Below are positions 27,401 through 41,724 of a stretch of 64,000 bases of DNA, one piece after another. The stretch lies in NCBI RefSeq assembly GCF_009914755.1, contig NC_060930.1; one strand, given 5' to 3'. A program made the translations under genes and the position numbers. The first letter of the stretch is position 1; each line of letters starts with the position of its first letter. The notes below the pieces were generated by a model. That model was not told the origin of the DNA. It did no database searches and saw nothing but the letters and a program-made list of their open reading frames with translations. The DNA is from the human T2T-CHM13v2.0 reference genome, Homo sapiens.

Positions 27401-27785
27401 TATCAAACTCTTTTTGCTGCATCTCCCAAATGGCAAAAGGTGCAATTTATGGTAGTTCAGACATTCTCAGGTCCACAGCTTGGGGATGGGGGATGGGACT
27501 GATTCTATGCCCTTTAAGAAGGTTTAACAGGTGCAAATTTGGCAACTCTTCTGCCTCTTCTTTCTGGGAATGAAAGACAGGGCCTACAGTTTTTACATTA
27601 ATGCAAGTCAATATATTTCATAAGCCACTTATTTTAAAAATATTTTACCTTTCCCTGAATATTCTACTTGTGCTCTGTGAGCCCTCTCTATGATACCCAC
27701 TATAGTACTCTTAGATTCCTGACAATATCATGACAAGTTAGCATGAAAAGTTTCCAATACTATGTGTCATATTAAAACTTGTCTT

Positions 27786-28152
27786 TTTAAAAAATAAATT
27801 CTAAAAATTGTGGGTACATACTAGGTGTATGTATTTATGGAGAACAGGAGATATTTTGATATAGGCATGCAATGCATAGTAATCACATTATGGAAATGGA
27901 GTATCCACCCCCTCAAGCATTTATCCTCCATGTTATAAACCATCCAATTATACTCTTTATTTTTAAATGTACAATTAAACTATCTTGACTATAGTCTCTC
28001 TGTTGTGCTATCAAATACTGGGTCGTATTAATTCTTTGAAACTATTTTTTTATACCCATTAACCATCTCCAGCTCCCCTTCACCACTCCCCACTACCCTT
28101 CCCAGCCTCTGGTAACCCTCCTTCTACTCTCTATCTCCATGAGTTCAGTTGT
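27786..28152 (-). mobile_element. L1MA 3' end
   Basis: gtgggtacata.taggtgtat.tatttatgg...ttcccagcctctggtaacc.tccttctactctctatctccatgag. Confidence 0.88.
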
Positions 28153-28169
28153 ATAATAAAAACCTGTCT

Positions 28170-28520
28170 TTACCCAGTGCTGACTAAAGAGACCTCTGCT
28201 AGGCAGTGTCTGGGAAATAATGTTCTTTTTAAAAAAAGATGGGTGAAGAGAGGACCTATCCTTCCCTTCCTTCCTTGTTGATATGTTTGATGTCAGGACA
28301 CACCACATGGGACTGCTGCAGCTATTTTGGGACCATGAAGAAGAGGCCAAGAGAACTCTAGAAAAGGCAACCCAGTTATCTAGCTGCATTGAACTTCTGA
28401 ACCAGCCTGGGGATGCACATTTCCAATCTTCCTGTTATGTAAGCAGTAAAATATCCGTTTTGACCAAAACACACACACAAAAACCAAAACTTGCCTTTAA
28501 CATCACATTCATTCTCTAAT
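28170..28520 (+). mobile_element. Old MLT1 (MaLR) LTR fragment
   Basis: ctgctgcagctattttgggaccatgaag...ggccaagagaa...ctgaaccagcctgg...ttcctgttatgt. Confidence 0.65.
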
Positions 28521-30379
28521 CCATTAATAATAACTCTCCATGTACGAGAGGAAACAAAACACCTTTGAAAAACAGCAGCAGGTAAGAAGATACTTTCACC
28601 TCCATTTATTTTGAATTCTATGACAGTCTTTCTTTTCCATCTCTCAGAGATAAATTTTTTCCTTTTTTTTTTTTAACTGATATGTTAAGCAAATCAATGC
28701 CCTAAAATCAGAACTCTGACGTTTAAGGAAAAAAAAAAGCCCTGTAGTTTTTTTTTTCTGTACTTTGAGGGGAAAAATAGTTTACCTTCTCACTACAACA
28801 GATGGTTTTAAATGCAGTGATTACAAAATTCTGAAGGTAAAATGGTTTAATTACAAAGTCAATACCGCCTCTAACCTGGGCTGAGTCTTTAGCGTAAAAA
28901 CAACAGACGGAGCAGTGCAAACGCTGGGACAATGTTTAACCAGAACTTTGCATAGCTACTGCAGTAGGGCTTTCCATGGGGCTTTAGTAAACCACAGAGC
29001 TCACGATTCTGGGTTTCTATTCATTGAATTACCTCAAGGTGAAGAATCATAAATGTGTGTATATATTTCACTATGCAATATACGCATGCACACACGCAAG
29101 TCTGATGGGGTCTACTCCTGGAACCTGAACCCCAATAGTATGAGATGGGGTTCAATTTCAGCAAAAATGAGTGATAAGAAAAAATTAAGGATACACAGAA
29201 AAAGGAGTTTGCCACAGGGATAAATTTTCGGTTCATTTAAAAAGGACATTATTCTGAAATTATATGTTAGTAAACCTGATTTCTAAACATTAAATTGTCA
29301 GTTTTTGCTTAAAATCCAAAGGAAAATTAATGACATAGTAGAAAATGATTCAATTGCTAGATGTTTGTAAAGATGTTTTAAAAACACACAAGAAAGCTAA
29401 GTTTGCTTTTTAAATAAAAAATTATCATCTTTTTCTAAATAGAAAGATGGGTGGATACAAAAATTATTCATGGATTAAACCCTAATTCTTATTAAACTTG
29501 TAATACTGAAAAATCACTTTGAGTGCCTCTTGAAAACTTCCCTACATGCTGAATTACAATATACTTTTATATCAAATGACTCGGTTAGTGATTTCTTTTT
29601 TCATTTTATCCATTAATTAGAATGAGAACCATTCATGAAAACTGATGTAAAAGAAAAGTGCACGCGTTCTCCCTAAGGTGGCATATTCTTGCCTCACATC
29701 CACTAAGCATTTAATACAGGCCATTACAAGATAGTTTGGGTCATTGGACTAAGCAGATGTGGGAGGTACTAAATAGTTAAGTAAAATAAACATTTCGGAT
29801 GGTCTTATCTCGGAGTCTTCTGATCTTAATAAATGTCACCAGAATAATCTAAAACAACTCTTTAGCAACTCTGCAGGGAATTAAAATCAGAAACATTTTG
29901 CGATTTCTAATCTGTTTAGGTTGCTCTGAAAGGAAAAATGCCTCATTCCAGCAGGCAGTGTATGGAATTATATTCAACAAAACTTGGAAAGGTTGGTGTT
30001 GAGGTTAAAATGTGAAGAAAAGTAAAAAGAAATAAATAGTGCATTCTAAAAATAAAATAAAAATGCCTTAAAAAGTGCAATTTTTAAAACATTACATTAA
30101 GGCAAAGTAAGTCAACTGAATCATAATGACCACACCTTAATATGTCTTTTGGAGAAGTGTTAAAATTTAATCGCCCAAATTCTTAGTTATAGGACATAGC
30201 TAACTGCTTGCCTAATTTCATTCTCTGCTACATGTTTTCTAAAAAGTCCTGAAGCAAAGGATGAACTGTCTTAGCTTTTAAAACTCACTTAGAATTAAGG
30301 AATTCTTTGGTATTTCTCAGTGAGAAATTCTTGAAAACCATTCATTTGAAATTCATTTAATTACTCTTTCGTTTCCCAC

Positions 30380-31220
30380 TCTCACGCCTCACTTAATAGG
30401 CAACCATTCTAATGTATTTAATGTACAGCTTTTTACATTTTGCACTGAATTAGAAATAGAGACAATTCTAGGTATACACCTAGAATTGAGTGCATAGAAT
30501 TCACTGAGTGTATACCTAGGATAAGTAGGTATTCGTGAAAATTCACAGAGTGTATACCTAGGATAAGTAGGTATACTGTGCAACTAGTCCCAAGATCAAG
30601 AGGCAGACATTGCCAACACCCCACAAATTTTTTGTGTGTCCCTTTCAAGTCACTATCAGCTCAGAGAAACCACTATCCTGACTTTTGGCAGAGGTGATTG
30701 ACTTTACTTATTTAGTACATTATATCAACGGGACCATACCATTTGCACTCTTATATGTCTGGCTTCCTTAGCTCAACATTGTGTTTTTAAGATACATCCA
30801 TGTTTTTGTGTTCAGCTGGAGATTGTTCTTTCTTACTGCTGTATAATATCTCATTTTGTGAATATACCACTATTTATTGCCCTTAATTTTTGATAAACAC
30901 ATGACCATATTTCTGTCAGGCATATGCCTGGGAATGGCGAAGTTAAGTTATAATGTGTACAATATGTTCACCCTTAGTTAATATGGCCAAAGCTGGATGA
31001 CAAACTGAATGTTTGTGCTGAGCCCTTTGTTTCTATGTTCTTATAGAAGATGAATTCTCATTTGGTATACACACAACTTTACATATATTAATGGTTTTAT
31101 GTTATTCATCTCGTTCTGCTTTCCATGTTTTTTTCATTCAGGATTATAGATTTAAGATCCATGCACGTGGCTATGTGAACATCAAGTCTGTGACTTCTAA
31201 TTGCACATCATTATAGAATG
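30380..31220 (-). mobile_element. L1ME-like 3' fragments
   Basis: cccaagatcaagaggcagacattgccaacacccca...gtctggcttccttagctcaacattgtg...gtgaatataccac. Confidence 0.7.
30498..30574. repeat. Two-copy direct repeat (35 bp, period 42, 1 mismatch) containing inverted repeats
   Basis: AATTCAC(T/A)GAGTGTATACCTAGGATAAGTAGGTAT at 30498-30532 and 30540-30574. Confidence 0.95.
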
Positions 31221-32566
31221 AATAGTGACATTTTTGAAATAAAGTTTTGAAATAATGTAATGTTTAACGACAGAGGAATGGTTTCATTCAACAACAAATT
31301 ACTATAGGCCCATTTAAAACAAGTTTTTAAAGACTTTATGAAAATAATATTTTGGAAAAAGAAGGACGTAAAACTGTTTACAAAGTATAATCTAAATTTT
31401 ATTTTTAAATGTATAATCTGCAAGGGAATATACCAAATATAAGTAATATGTACTATAGTATAAGATTTGTGGTGCTTTTTTCTTCTTTATGTTTTTGATA
31501 TTTTCCAAGGATATTATGATCAAGAAAAGCTAAACAACAAAAAGGTAACCTATGAACTACAAAACAGAGTACTGTCTTTACATGAGCTAATATGTGTTAT
31601 AAAACATTCTTTTAAATATTTTTATCATGTGTTTTCCCACTGTTTCACATCACTTTTTTCATAGTCATTATTTGCACTTTGTGTTAAGTCATTAGTTTCG
31701 TCTCTCAAATACAACCTTGTTTTAATGTCTTCACCTTTCTTCTACTTTAGTCTCTTCAATTTTGCCTCATTATTCATTATAGAGGCCTGCTAGAAGTCAG
31801 CACGTCCCTCTCTTCTCAATGGAGCAGCTCTCTCTCCCCTCAAAGCTAACAGTTGATATTTTTCATATTGTTGAGTGTTATGGAAAACCCACATCCTGTA
31901 ATTGTGTGTTAAGATGCCTTTCCTCTTCTCAAGTTCATTTCTTAATTACCTGAATTATTATATCTAACCCACATTGATTATACTATAAGTGGTAATTGTT
32001 AACATTACTAAGTAGAAATAGGATCTCACATTAAATAGAGCTTTTCTGTGATTTTAATCTTTGTTAGGGCAAAAACGTTTGTTCCTCAATTTTGCTTCTC
32101 CTTTAACCTGTTCTTTGTCCTTGACTACAAACAGAAATGGAAGTGGGCATTCCCTCAAGCAAGACCCAAACCCAACCCTTCGAATGAGAGCACATTTTTT
32201 TTTACAGTTTAGAAAGGAAAGTAGAAAGGAGAGATCATCTCATTCTAATGACGAAGGCTGAGTGACCTTTCCAACCTTTCATAACTGGAAAAAGCCTCAT
32301 CAGAAATAACTGGAGGTAGTATCTTGACTTCTTTTCCAATGCTTTTCAACCACCATATACTCTTCCATCTCAATGTAACCTTAGAGATGAAACTATTCCT
32401 TCTCTGGTTGTTGTTGACATCTAACTTAAAGTGTGTTATTATAGGAGATCCACATGCTATTCTTATGTTTATTTCTCAATTAACCAAATTATAATATGTA
32501 ACCTACAATCAGAATACCTTCAATCATAGAACAGATTAATATTTGTCAAATGGGAATGCATAAGCA

Positions 32567-32650
32567 GGGCTGCATCATGACTTTCACTGGCCCCAGGCAC
32601 TTTTTGCTGTATGGGTTCCTGCCACCATATAAAAATATTAAAAATTTGTA
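32567..32650 (+). mobile_element. ORSL-like hAT-Tip100 terminal fragment
   Basis: cagggctgcatcatgactttc...ggccccaggcactttt...aaaaatattaaaaatt resembles the recalled ORSL end. Confidence 0.55.
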
Positions 32651-34062
32651 AAGTTTTACAATTTAGTAGGATGGAGAAAAGCAATAAAGAAAATGAAATG
32701 GGGAGGGTGATGAGAACTATGACAACAACTATCTGGCCACGTAGCTGGCTGGGTAGGAGGCTCCTCTCCTGGCTGGTCCACATTTATTCACTACCTCCCT
32801 TGTTTCATCCCCTTGGAGTTGCTCTAGGGAGCCCTTAGAAGACCACTACCACCACGCTCCCAAACTATCCTGCCTGCTTACCTCTCTCTCTCACAGAACA
32901 TTTTCTGTCATGCAGCTTGTCCTCTCAGTCCCCTATTCTCTGTTATGTAGCAACCCAGAGGGTGGATCATCATATAAATAAATGTCCCAATGTGTTCACT
33001 GGAGAACGTGCTGCTCCAAGTGGGAGTCACCTCTTCATTCTTTTTCCCATTATAGTGAAAAACATGCCCTGATGTTTACTGATGGCCTGATGTTTACAAG
33101 GTGGTCATCTGACTTGATGAACTGACTTGCAGAATTAGAAACTCTGGACAGAAAGCATGGTCTCTTACTGGCAGGCCAGCACCCTTTTCACAGCCAGCCT
33201 CCTCTGCATCCAAGCCTAAAACATCACTGCATAGCATCTCTGTATTCCTGTTCTATGGAAAAATAATTTCAAAGCAGTACGCAATCCAAGGGTAAATAAA
33301 GCAGAAAATCCATACATATTTAAGCCTTTTCTTGGTTAACGACTTTTACTAATGATGGCAACAAAATTATTGAAGCCTGCAATAAGCCATCCAGTGGTCA
33401 AATAGGTCACCTTATGACTAGTATTAAGATTTAAATATCCTTTAAAATTAAACAGTTTGGGGTTATTAATGTTTCCTTTCCTCTCAAAATTTTTGTGTTG
33501 AGGGGAGGTATGGGAGGAAATGTATTAGCAACAGTAGGATGTGAAGAATAACTCTAAGTACATTAAACATCTGTTGATGGAGCCATTAGCACAGGTTGTA
33601 GATACCGCCACCTGGCCTTTATTCCATTTTGCTCGAACTTTAGTACCTGAAAATATACTGTAGTAATTTTGTTCCACTTCTTTTAAATCTTTTACTACTG
33701 CATTAAGTGGAACATAAGCACTAATTAGTTCTCACTGAGACAAAAAGACCTGCTTATGGCAAAAATCAAAAGCCAATAAGAAAGTGGCAAGGGTTAAAGC
33801 ATCACTTAGCATCTCGAGCTGGTGGTGTTACTGCCTGTATGAGAGGAAGTCCTTAAAACAGCAAATGGAGGTGAAAGCAGCTGTAGTTTATATAATCATG
33901 TTACTCAGTGAGAGAATTTCAGCTCCTTCCTCTATCATTTCTATAGGTTATTTTTAAGTGTAAGATTAGATTTTTCATGGTCAAGGCACTAAATAAAATA
34001 GGATCTTCAAAAAATAAGTCTCCATATTCCCCAAATGTTAAGCCTAAACTGTTTTTTTGTTT

Positions 34063-34063
<1 letters not shown>

Positions 34064-34096
<33 letters not shown>
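34064..34096. repeat. Poly(T) tract, 33 nt
   Basis: Read directly from the sequence. Confidence 0.97.
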
Positions 34097-34098
<2 letters not shown>

Positions 34099-35225
34099 GA
34101 AAGTCATGTGAACAAGTGCTTGTTCTGAATTTTCATCAGATTTACAAAGCTCAATTAAAGGCATTAAGCCTTCTCCTGAAAGGACGATTGACTTTCTTGA
34201 TTTATAGCCCATTCATTCAGTCTTCTATAAAACATGGTCCCCAAGCTACAGAAGCACTGTGTCTGACTCAATCACAAAATCAGGCTTCCCTGTGTGCTGG
34301 CACATGGGCTCCTTCTATATTAACGTTTTCTTCACATACAAAGAAACCCTACTAAAGAGATTCATCAAGTTTTGCCGAGATGCTCTAAGAGAACTAAGCA
34401 ATCAGAGTTTCATTTTTCAACTCCTCTATGAAGTGTCCCCATTTCCAGCTTGGCCATTTGAGATTTGAGGCTTCAATCTATTAATGTTAATGTCATGAAT
34501 GGATGAGTTCCATAGTTCCACACACTGTAGATCTGCAGTGTTCCTTGAAATTGTTCTTAGCTCTAAATAATGTTATCTCTCTGTTCTTTATGTAGATACA
34601 CTATATTATCCATTAGATGCTGTGGAACTCTGTGGCTGGACATCAGTCCCAATATCATGGCTAAAAAGATGTATCTTGGACCTAGGTTTGATGTAGTTGC
34701 CCTGGGTTACCAATTATAATTATATCAAAGGCATCTGCTTTCCATTCTTAACTGCAAATTGATGGAGTGAGTTGTGATAACATTTAAGTTTCACGTATTC
34801 TTTGACAATTCAATCTAGTTACTGTATTCACTTTCATACAATTTGTATTGAATAACTTGTATTGAACAACTTGTGCTTTAGTTTCCTTCTCTTCAAAATG
34901 ATGAAAATGATTCCTGGGCTATATATTTAATGGATTACAGATATAAAATGAAAACACACATGTATCTTGAAGCATGGATGTAAAGAATAGCTCTTGATAG
35001 CATAACATTGTTTCTGACCTTTTCTTCTCCTTCCCATCCCCAGTGTCACTCTTCTAGTTTAGAAACTTTGTATGCCTTACCTATTACTTCAGTGTAGTCA
35101 TTCTGGAAAAAAAACAACTTTCCTTCTTCTGGCTGAAATACTACTGATTCCTGAAGACTCAACTGACCTACTTTTTTCTCCCTAGAGACTTCCCAGTTCT
35201 TTCAGGCCTTTTCTCACAGAATTAA

Positions 35226-35579
<354 letters not shown>

Positions 35580-35779
35580 CATTGTTGGCTTTTGGTCAGT
35601 CTATTTCTTCAATTAAGTTGTAAGTCCTTTGAGAGAAGAAATCCTGGTTTGGTCACATTTTCATCCCCTAAAGTACCCAGCACAGTGTCTTAAGTCTTCT
35701 TGGATTGAACGGAATTGAACTGAATAAGGCTAATGAAGAAACCTGGCAATGAACTTTCTATTAATACCAAAGTAAAATT

Positions 35780-37445
35780 ATTGATCTATTGCCAAATTCA
35801 GTGGCCAGTTCTTTTTATCTTCATATTTAGGACGTCTTGCAGCATTTGACACAGCAGATAACTCTCCTTCTTGAAGCACTTTTCCTGTAGGTTTTTGAGA
35901 CATGACACTCTCCTTTTTTTCCTCCCATTTTACTGACTACTCCTTAATCTTATATTCTGACTCCGCTTCCTCTGCTTACCTGCAAATGCTAAAATATCCC
36001 AGGCCTCTGTCTTTAACCCCCAACCCATTGATATAGTTTGGAGGTTTGTCCCCTCCAAATCTGATGTTACAATGTAATCCAACATTTCAATATCAATGTT
36101 GAAGGTGGGGCCCAGTGGGGAGGTGATTGGGTCATGGGGGCAGATCCCTCATAAGCGGCTTGGTACCCTTCCCTTTGTGATGAGTGGGTTCTTGCTTGGT
36201 TAGTTCATAGGAGCGCTGGTTGTTTAGAAGAAGCCGGCATGTCTCTTGCTCCCTCTCTCACCATGTGACACCCTGCTCCCCCTTCACCATTTTCCATGAA
36301 TAAAAGCTTCCTAAGGCCTCACAAGAAGCCAAGCAGATGTTGGTGCCGTGCTTGTACAGCCTGCAGAAACATAAGCCAAATAAACCTCTGTTCTTAATAA
36401 ATTCCCCAGCCTCAAGTATTCCTTTATAGTAAGACAAAATAAACTAACACACCCAAAAACTAACTCTTCCTACATAATATCATCTTGTCTGCTGGCATTA
36501 AATACCACTGATATGCCACCAATCCCATGTTTGTATCTCCAGCTCAAAGTGCTCCCCTGAATTCTGGGCTCATATATCCATTTGCCTTTAGATTTCCACC
36601 CATATATCCATTTACCTTTCAGGATGACCAATTTTCAACTTGAATTTAACATGTCTAATGTAAAATTTTAGATTTCCTTCTATTCCTTCCCAAATCTGGA
36701 TACTCTCCCAATTTTCTCAGCAAATTGATAAAGTCAAATATCTAGAAGTCATTTTCCATTTCTCCCAATCCCTTGTATTCTGAACTCTGCCTGAAAAATG
36801 TATCTCACATCTGACCTCTTCTCTCCATCTCCACTACTACAATGCTAGTCAAAGCTGCCATCGCTTCTGGCCTAGACCGAGTGGTCTTCGAGATTCCAGC
36901 CTTTCTCCCACAGCCTTTTCTCCACACTGCTATCAAATGAAACTATTGAAGAGCATAAGTCCAATAATGTCAGTTAAACTCTTCCAAAGCCTTCCCATTG
37001 GATTAGAATATAATCTAAATTTTCTTCCCATATCGTGCAAGGCTCTGGGTTCTGCCTGAGTCTCCCAGTTTGTCTCCTGCACATTCTTTCTCATACATTC
37101 CACCCCTGCAGGGCACTCTCAAGGGCTTCTCCCTTTGCTGCCTAAACACTCTTCCCTCCTCATCCTTTAGATCTCAGCTCAATGTCCCTCTTCAAGAGGG
37201 CCTTCCCTTACTGCTCCAGCTAAGGTAGTCTTGCCTCTTACCCTATGACCCTCTGTTCCATTATTTTATTGTATTATTTGAAATTATAGCTGTCAGAAAG
37301 TATTCATTTATTTTTACATTTAGTGTCTGCCTCCTCCAACCCCTCTTTGAATCAGATACTTTTCATATTCATTGTATGTGACTATCATTTAGGACAATCC
37401 CTGGCCAATAGTAGGTACTCAACAAATACCTGTTGCATGAATTGA
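35780..37445 (+). mobile_element. Long L2 3' fragment interrupted by an MST LTR
   Basis: gcagcatttgacacag...catgacactctcc...; ends tagtaggtactcaacaaatacctgttgcatgaa. Confidence 0.8.
36029..36451 (+). mobile_element. MSTB-like MaLR solo LTR
   Basis: TG...CA ends (tgatatagtttgg...ctaacaca), internal AATAAA, 5-bp TSD cccat/cccaa. Confidence 0.88.
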
Positions 37446-37715
37446 TTTTCTACCTTATTCATTTAACAATCACTGAGAATGATTTACGTATAGGCTATGT
37501 ATATGTGCTTATTATATAACCTGATAAAATATGGTTTCTATTTTCAGGGCATTCACAATGTAGCAGAGGAGACAGCAAAATAAACAGAAGTAGAGCACAG
37601 TGGGCTGTCCTTGTTGAGGAGCATGCAGGAGCTATGGGCAGCATGTAGCTGGGACATGAAACATAGACCTGGGTTGGATATAGGAAGTTAGGGAAAAGGC
37701 TTTCTGAAAGGGGGT

Positions 37716-38329
37716 GTCTATTAATGCCAAAACAAATTACTACAAATTAAGCACCTTAAAACAACATCCATTTATTATCTCATAGGTCCGCTGGTCAGAA
37801 CTCCCTCTGGGCTCAGCTGATTCTCAGCTTAGAGTCTCATGGGTCAAAATCAAGATATCAGCAACACAGTGTTCCTTTCTGGGCTCTGGGTTTAAATTAC
37901 ATTTAAGCTCATTCAGAGTGTTGGCAGAGTTCAGTTTCTTGCCATTGTAGGACTGAGGTTCTCATTCCTTGCTGGCTGTCATCCAGAGGCTGATCTTTAT
38001 TGCTAGAGACTACTCACATTTTTTTTGTCCTGCTTTCCATGTAGCTTTCCAGGAATGGGGGATAAATTCTCTCTCGTGCTTCAAGTTTCTGCAACTTCCC
38101 CTTCTGCCTCATGTCTTTTCTGCCTCTGGTCAGAGAAACTTCTCTGCTTTTAAGAGTCCATGCAGTTTACATTGGGCCCACCTGGAAAATCTGGGATAAT
38201 TTTCCCATTGTATGGTCTATGATGTAAATTGTATCTGTAAAGTCCCTTTTATCAAGTAACATAAGATATTCACAGGTTCCAGGGATTAGAACATGGACAT
38301 CTTGAGAGAATGTTATTCTACCTACCATA
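37716..38329 (-). mobile_element. MLT1 (D/E-like) MaLR solo LTR inside an antisense L2 (~37450-38600)
   Basis: aacaaattactacaaa...ttaaaacaaca...cacaggttccagggattagaacatggacatctt...ctacctaccata. Confidence 0.8.
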
Positions 38330-39431
38330 GAAAAGATACCTCACCTAGGTCTTTCAGATTAATTAGGAGTTAACTAGGCAAGAAATGTGAAAAGAATATT
38401 CCAGGAAATAGGAAAAACCAGAGAATCATAAAATCCTTGCCAGTCTTTCCACATGGATGTCTGTGTATGTGGAAAGGGTGTGGGGCCAGGTCTAAGGGTT
38501 GTAAGATGAACAGAAGCCAGATGTTGAAGGACCTTGTGCACCGCAGGGAGGAGTTTGGAATTCATTGTGAAGTCAACTGAGAGTCATCCCATAGGCTGGG
38601 AGCTCATGATAGGATTGTGGAGAATAGCAACCCAGGTAGGGCAGGGTTTGCTGCAAGAGCAGAGGAACTTGTACCTAGGACTGTCTGAATACTTCTGTGA
38701 TCCAACAAGTGAAAAACTCGAAGCAGCAGATTGTGCAAAAACCTGTGTAAGATGCTCCAGATAGGCTGGGAAGACTCAGGTGCCATGATTTCCTACTTCC
38801 TACCAGGACCACGAAAGGATCCCCAACCCCAAATTATCTTACTTGTTGATGTCTGAAGATCTTAATTTAGTTTTAATATTCAAAATTCTCCCAGATAGAG
38901 ATCAGTGTTCACTAAATACATCCTTCTTTTCTAAAAAATATGCTTTCCCTCCCATCATGGTTCAGCTTATTAAATTGGTAATTCATTCAACAAAAAATAC
39001 ATTGAAGGACTAGTTTAAGTAGTGTGGAGCAGCCATTCACACATATGAATTAGTATTACCACATTTATATCTTCATGGTCTTCATTTTTCTACCCTCTCT
39101 AAGGACAGATAAAGCTTTGTCAGTTTTGATCTTGCTCTTAAGACTGGCTTTTATGAATCACCCACTGGCTAATATCTTTCAGTGTTTTATATTGCTGCTT
39201 TTTTCAAACTTGTAATTTCAGACATGGTTTCAAGTTTCAGCAAGTTTTTTATTACATATATATGTATATATAAATACATTTGTACATAAAATATTTACAT
39301 ATGCACATACATAAAATATATTATACATATATGTAAGCATACATATACATATGTACTATAATGACATCTATTTTTTATAAATATCTTTGAAAGATAATAG
39401 AAAATTATTCTAAAACCTGTCCACTTCCTAG

Positions 39432-39754
<323 letters not shown>

Positions 39755-40809
39755 GTCTGATTCAATTTTCTTAAATGTTGATTACATTCGGTGTGAGGAC
39801 ACGCCCCGCTCAAGAACCCACACCCCAACAGTCACCATCACTGCATGTTTCTAATAGACACTTGGTTTTAGCAAAACAAAACCATCTGTCACGTTAAATT
39901 AAATGTTAATATGAATGGGTTGGTTTTTTAGTTCAGTTTATACAAAAATTGAAATTTCATTTTGTTTAATAAGGTTTGTATCTAGTTTTGTGGCCCTATG
40001 TATATAAGTAACATTATTTTAAGATCAAGTTCATACTGGGGGGGAGTTCTTGACAATATTTTTTATTCCTAATTTAAGTTTCAGAAACGCATCTCTATTG
40101 TTTTAATTATTTGCTTGCTACCCTTCACAAGACAGGTGGTTATATTCCAGTGATATAATTGAGGGGAAGGCGGGGGAAAAGTGGGGTTACTTAGAGAACT
40201 ATAGTATCAAAACATCTCTGAATTTGAAGGAAAGAGAGATTATGTAGTTTCACAGGGTCTCTATTCTGAAAATTTCTATACTACAAGCATGCATATTTCT
40301 CTTTATTGCATTACACATTAATTGCATTCTATATAGAAATTAAGACGCATTATAATAATTTTTCTTTACAATGAAAAATCAATACCTGATTTTCTGTTGA
40401 AGTTCTTGTGTAAAGTAGAACTTTAAGAATAAAAAAAAAACCTGTTAAATCCAACTCCATCCCACATACATCTATATTAACAGATTTAAAACGACAACAA
40501 CAAAGCCTGGAGAACTTGAATGGCTTATCATACAACTTGTTGGTAGCTTAATCAGAACCTACCTTTTCTATATCTTAGACTCAGACTGAGACAGGCCTGC
40601 TTATGACCTGTGCCTAGGGCACTTTACACTTCTCCTTCATCAACTCAGAGTCACTAAAATGACCAGTATTTGCCTTCCCCCACTGGACTCAGAGCTCTGT
40701 CAAGACAGGAACCTCTTATGCCGGATTCCTGATGTAGCCCAGTGTTGAGCACATATTTGGTGAGTAAGAGAGTGGGTACAGGGAAGGGCAAAGAAATGAA
40801 ATGAATACA

Positions 40810-40881
40810 AGGAAGGAAGGAAGGAAGGAAGGAAGGAGGGAAGGAAGGGAGGGAGGGAAGGAAGGGAGGGAGGGAGGGAAG
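40810..40881 (+). repeat. (GGAA)n/(GGGA)n simple repeat
   Basis: Read directly from the sequence. Confidence 0.95.
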
Positions 40882-41724
40882 AAACAACGGAGAGATAGGG
40901 CAGGTCTGTAAACCTCGAATCTACTCTTTCTACTATAGCATGCTCCATGCAAAACCTTAAATCTACTGCTTTTTTTGGGATTTTCACTTGAGATTATAAT
41001 GCTGTCATACCCAAAGGGCCATAAGAATTGAAGCTAGTTTAACATGATACCATAACTGAAGAAAACTTTATGAAGGTAAGACTATGCATATTTCACTAAA
41101 ACTATATATCTAAGCCAAGCACAATGCCTAGCATGTAGCATGTGCTGAAAACATATTTATTGGATAAGTGTATACAGGCATTTTGAGAAGACGAGGGAAA
41201 AGTGTCACAGCCCACTCATACAAATCTGTGACGTATTCAGCCAAGCAATTCATTTGTTTAGAAAATGAATCACAAGAAAATCAAACACATCCTCAGCAAA
41301 TGGATTACAGGAAAACTATCTTTAATCCAATATTGCAAGATTAAAATTTACATTTATAAAGGATAATACAAATAGAGGGAAATAGAACGTGAATAAAATG
41401 AAATTAAATGCCTTAGTAAAACACTACAGAAAGAAACCTGTTTCCTCTAAAATAAAGATTGGACAGTTGGTAAACTCAAAAGGTACAATGATCTCTCCCA
41501 ACTGAACCAAGTACAGAGAAACTGCCCTAAGAATGAATGACCACTCTTAACCACCTGTATTGCAGAAAATCATATGCAGATGTTGCAAACTAAGCAAGAG
41601 CAATGAAAAAAAAATCAGTGGGAAGAGCAAGCAATGGGTGAGTCTGGGGAAGCAGTCAGGGAATGTTGTGGTGGGTTAGTGGTAGGATGAAAGATCTCAG
41701 TTATGGTAGCATGGAGTGGCAAAG

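Noticed and set aside
30463-30576. CRISPR-like array (palindromic ~35-bp repeats)
   Set aside because: Only two copies with a 7-nt gap, no unique spacers, no cas genes, and a primate context.
34696-34710. GTTGCCCTGGGTTAC X-box-like site
   Set aside because: Isolated, with an imperfect second half-site and no supporting motif cluster.
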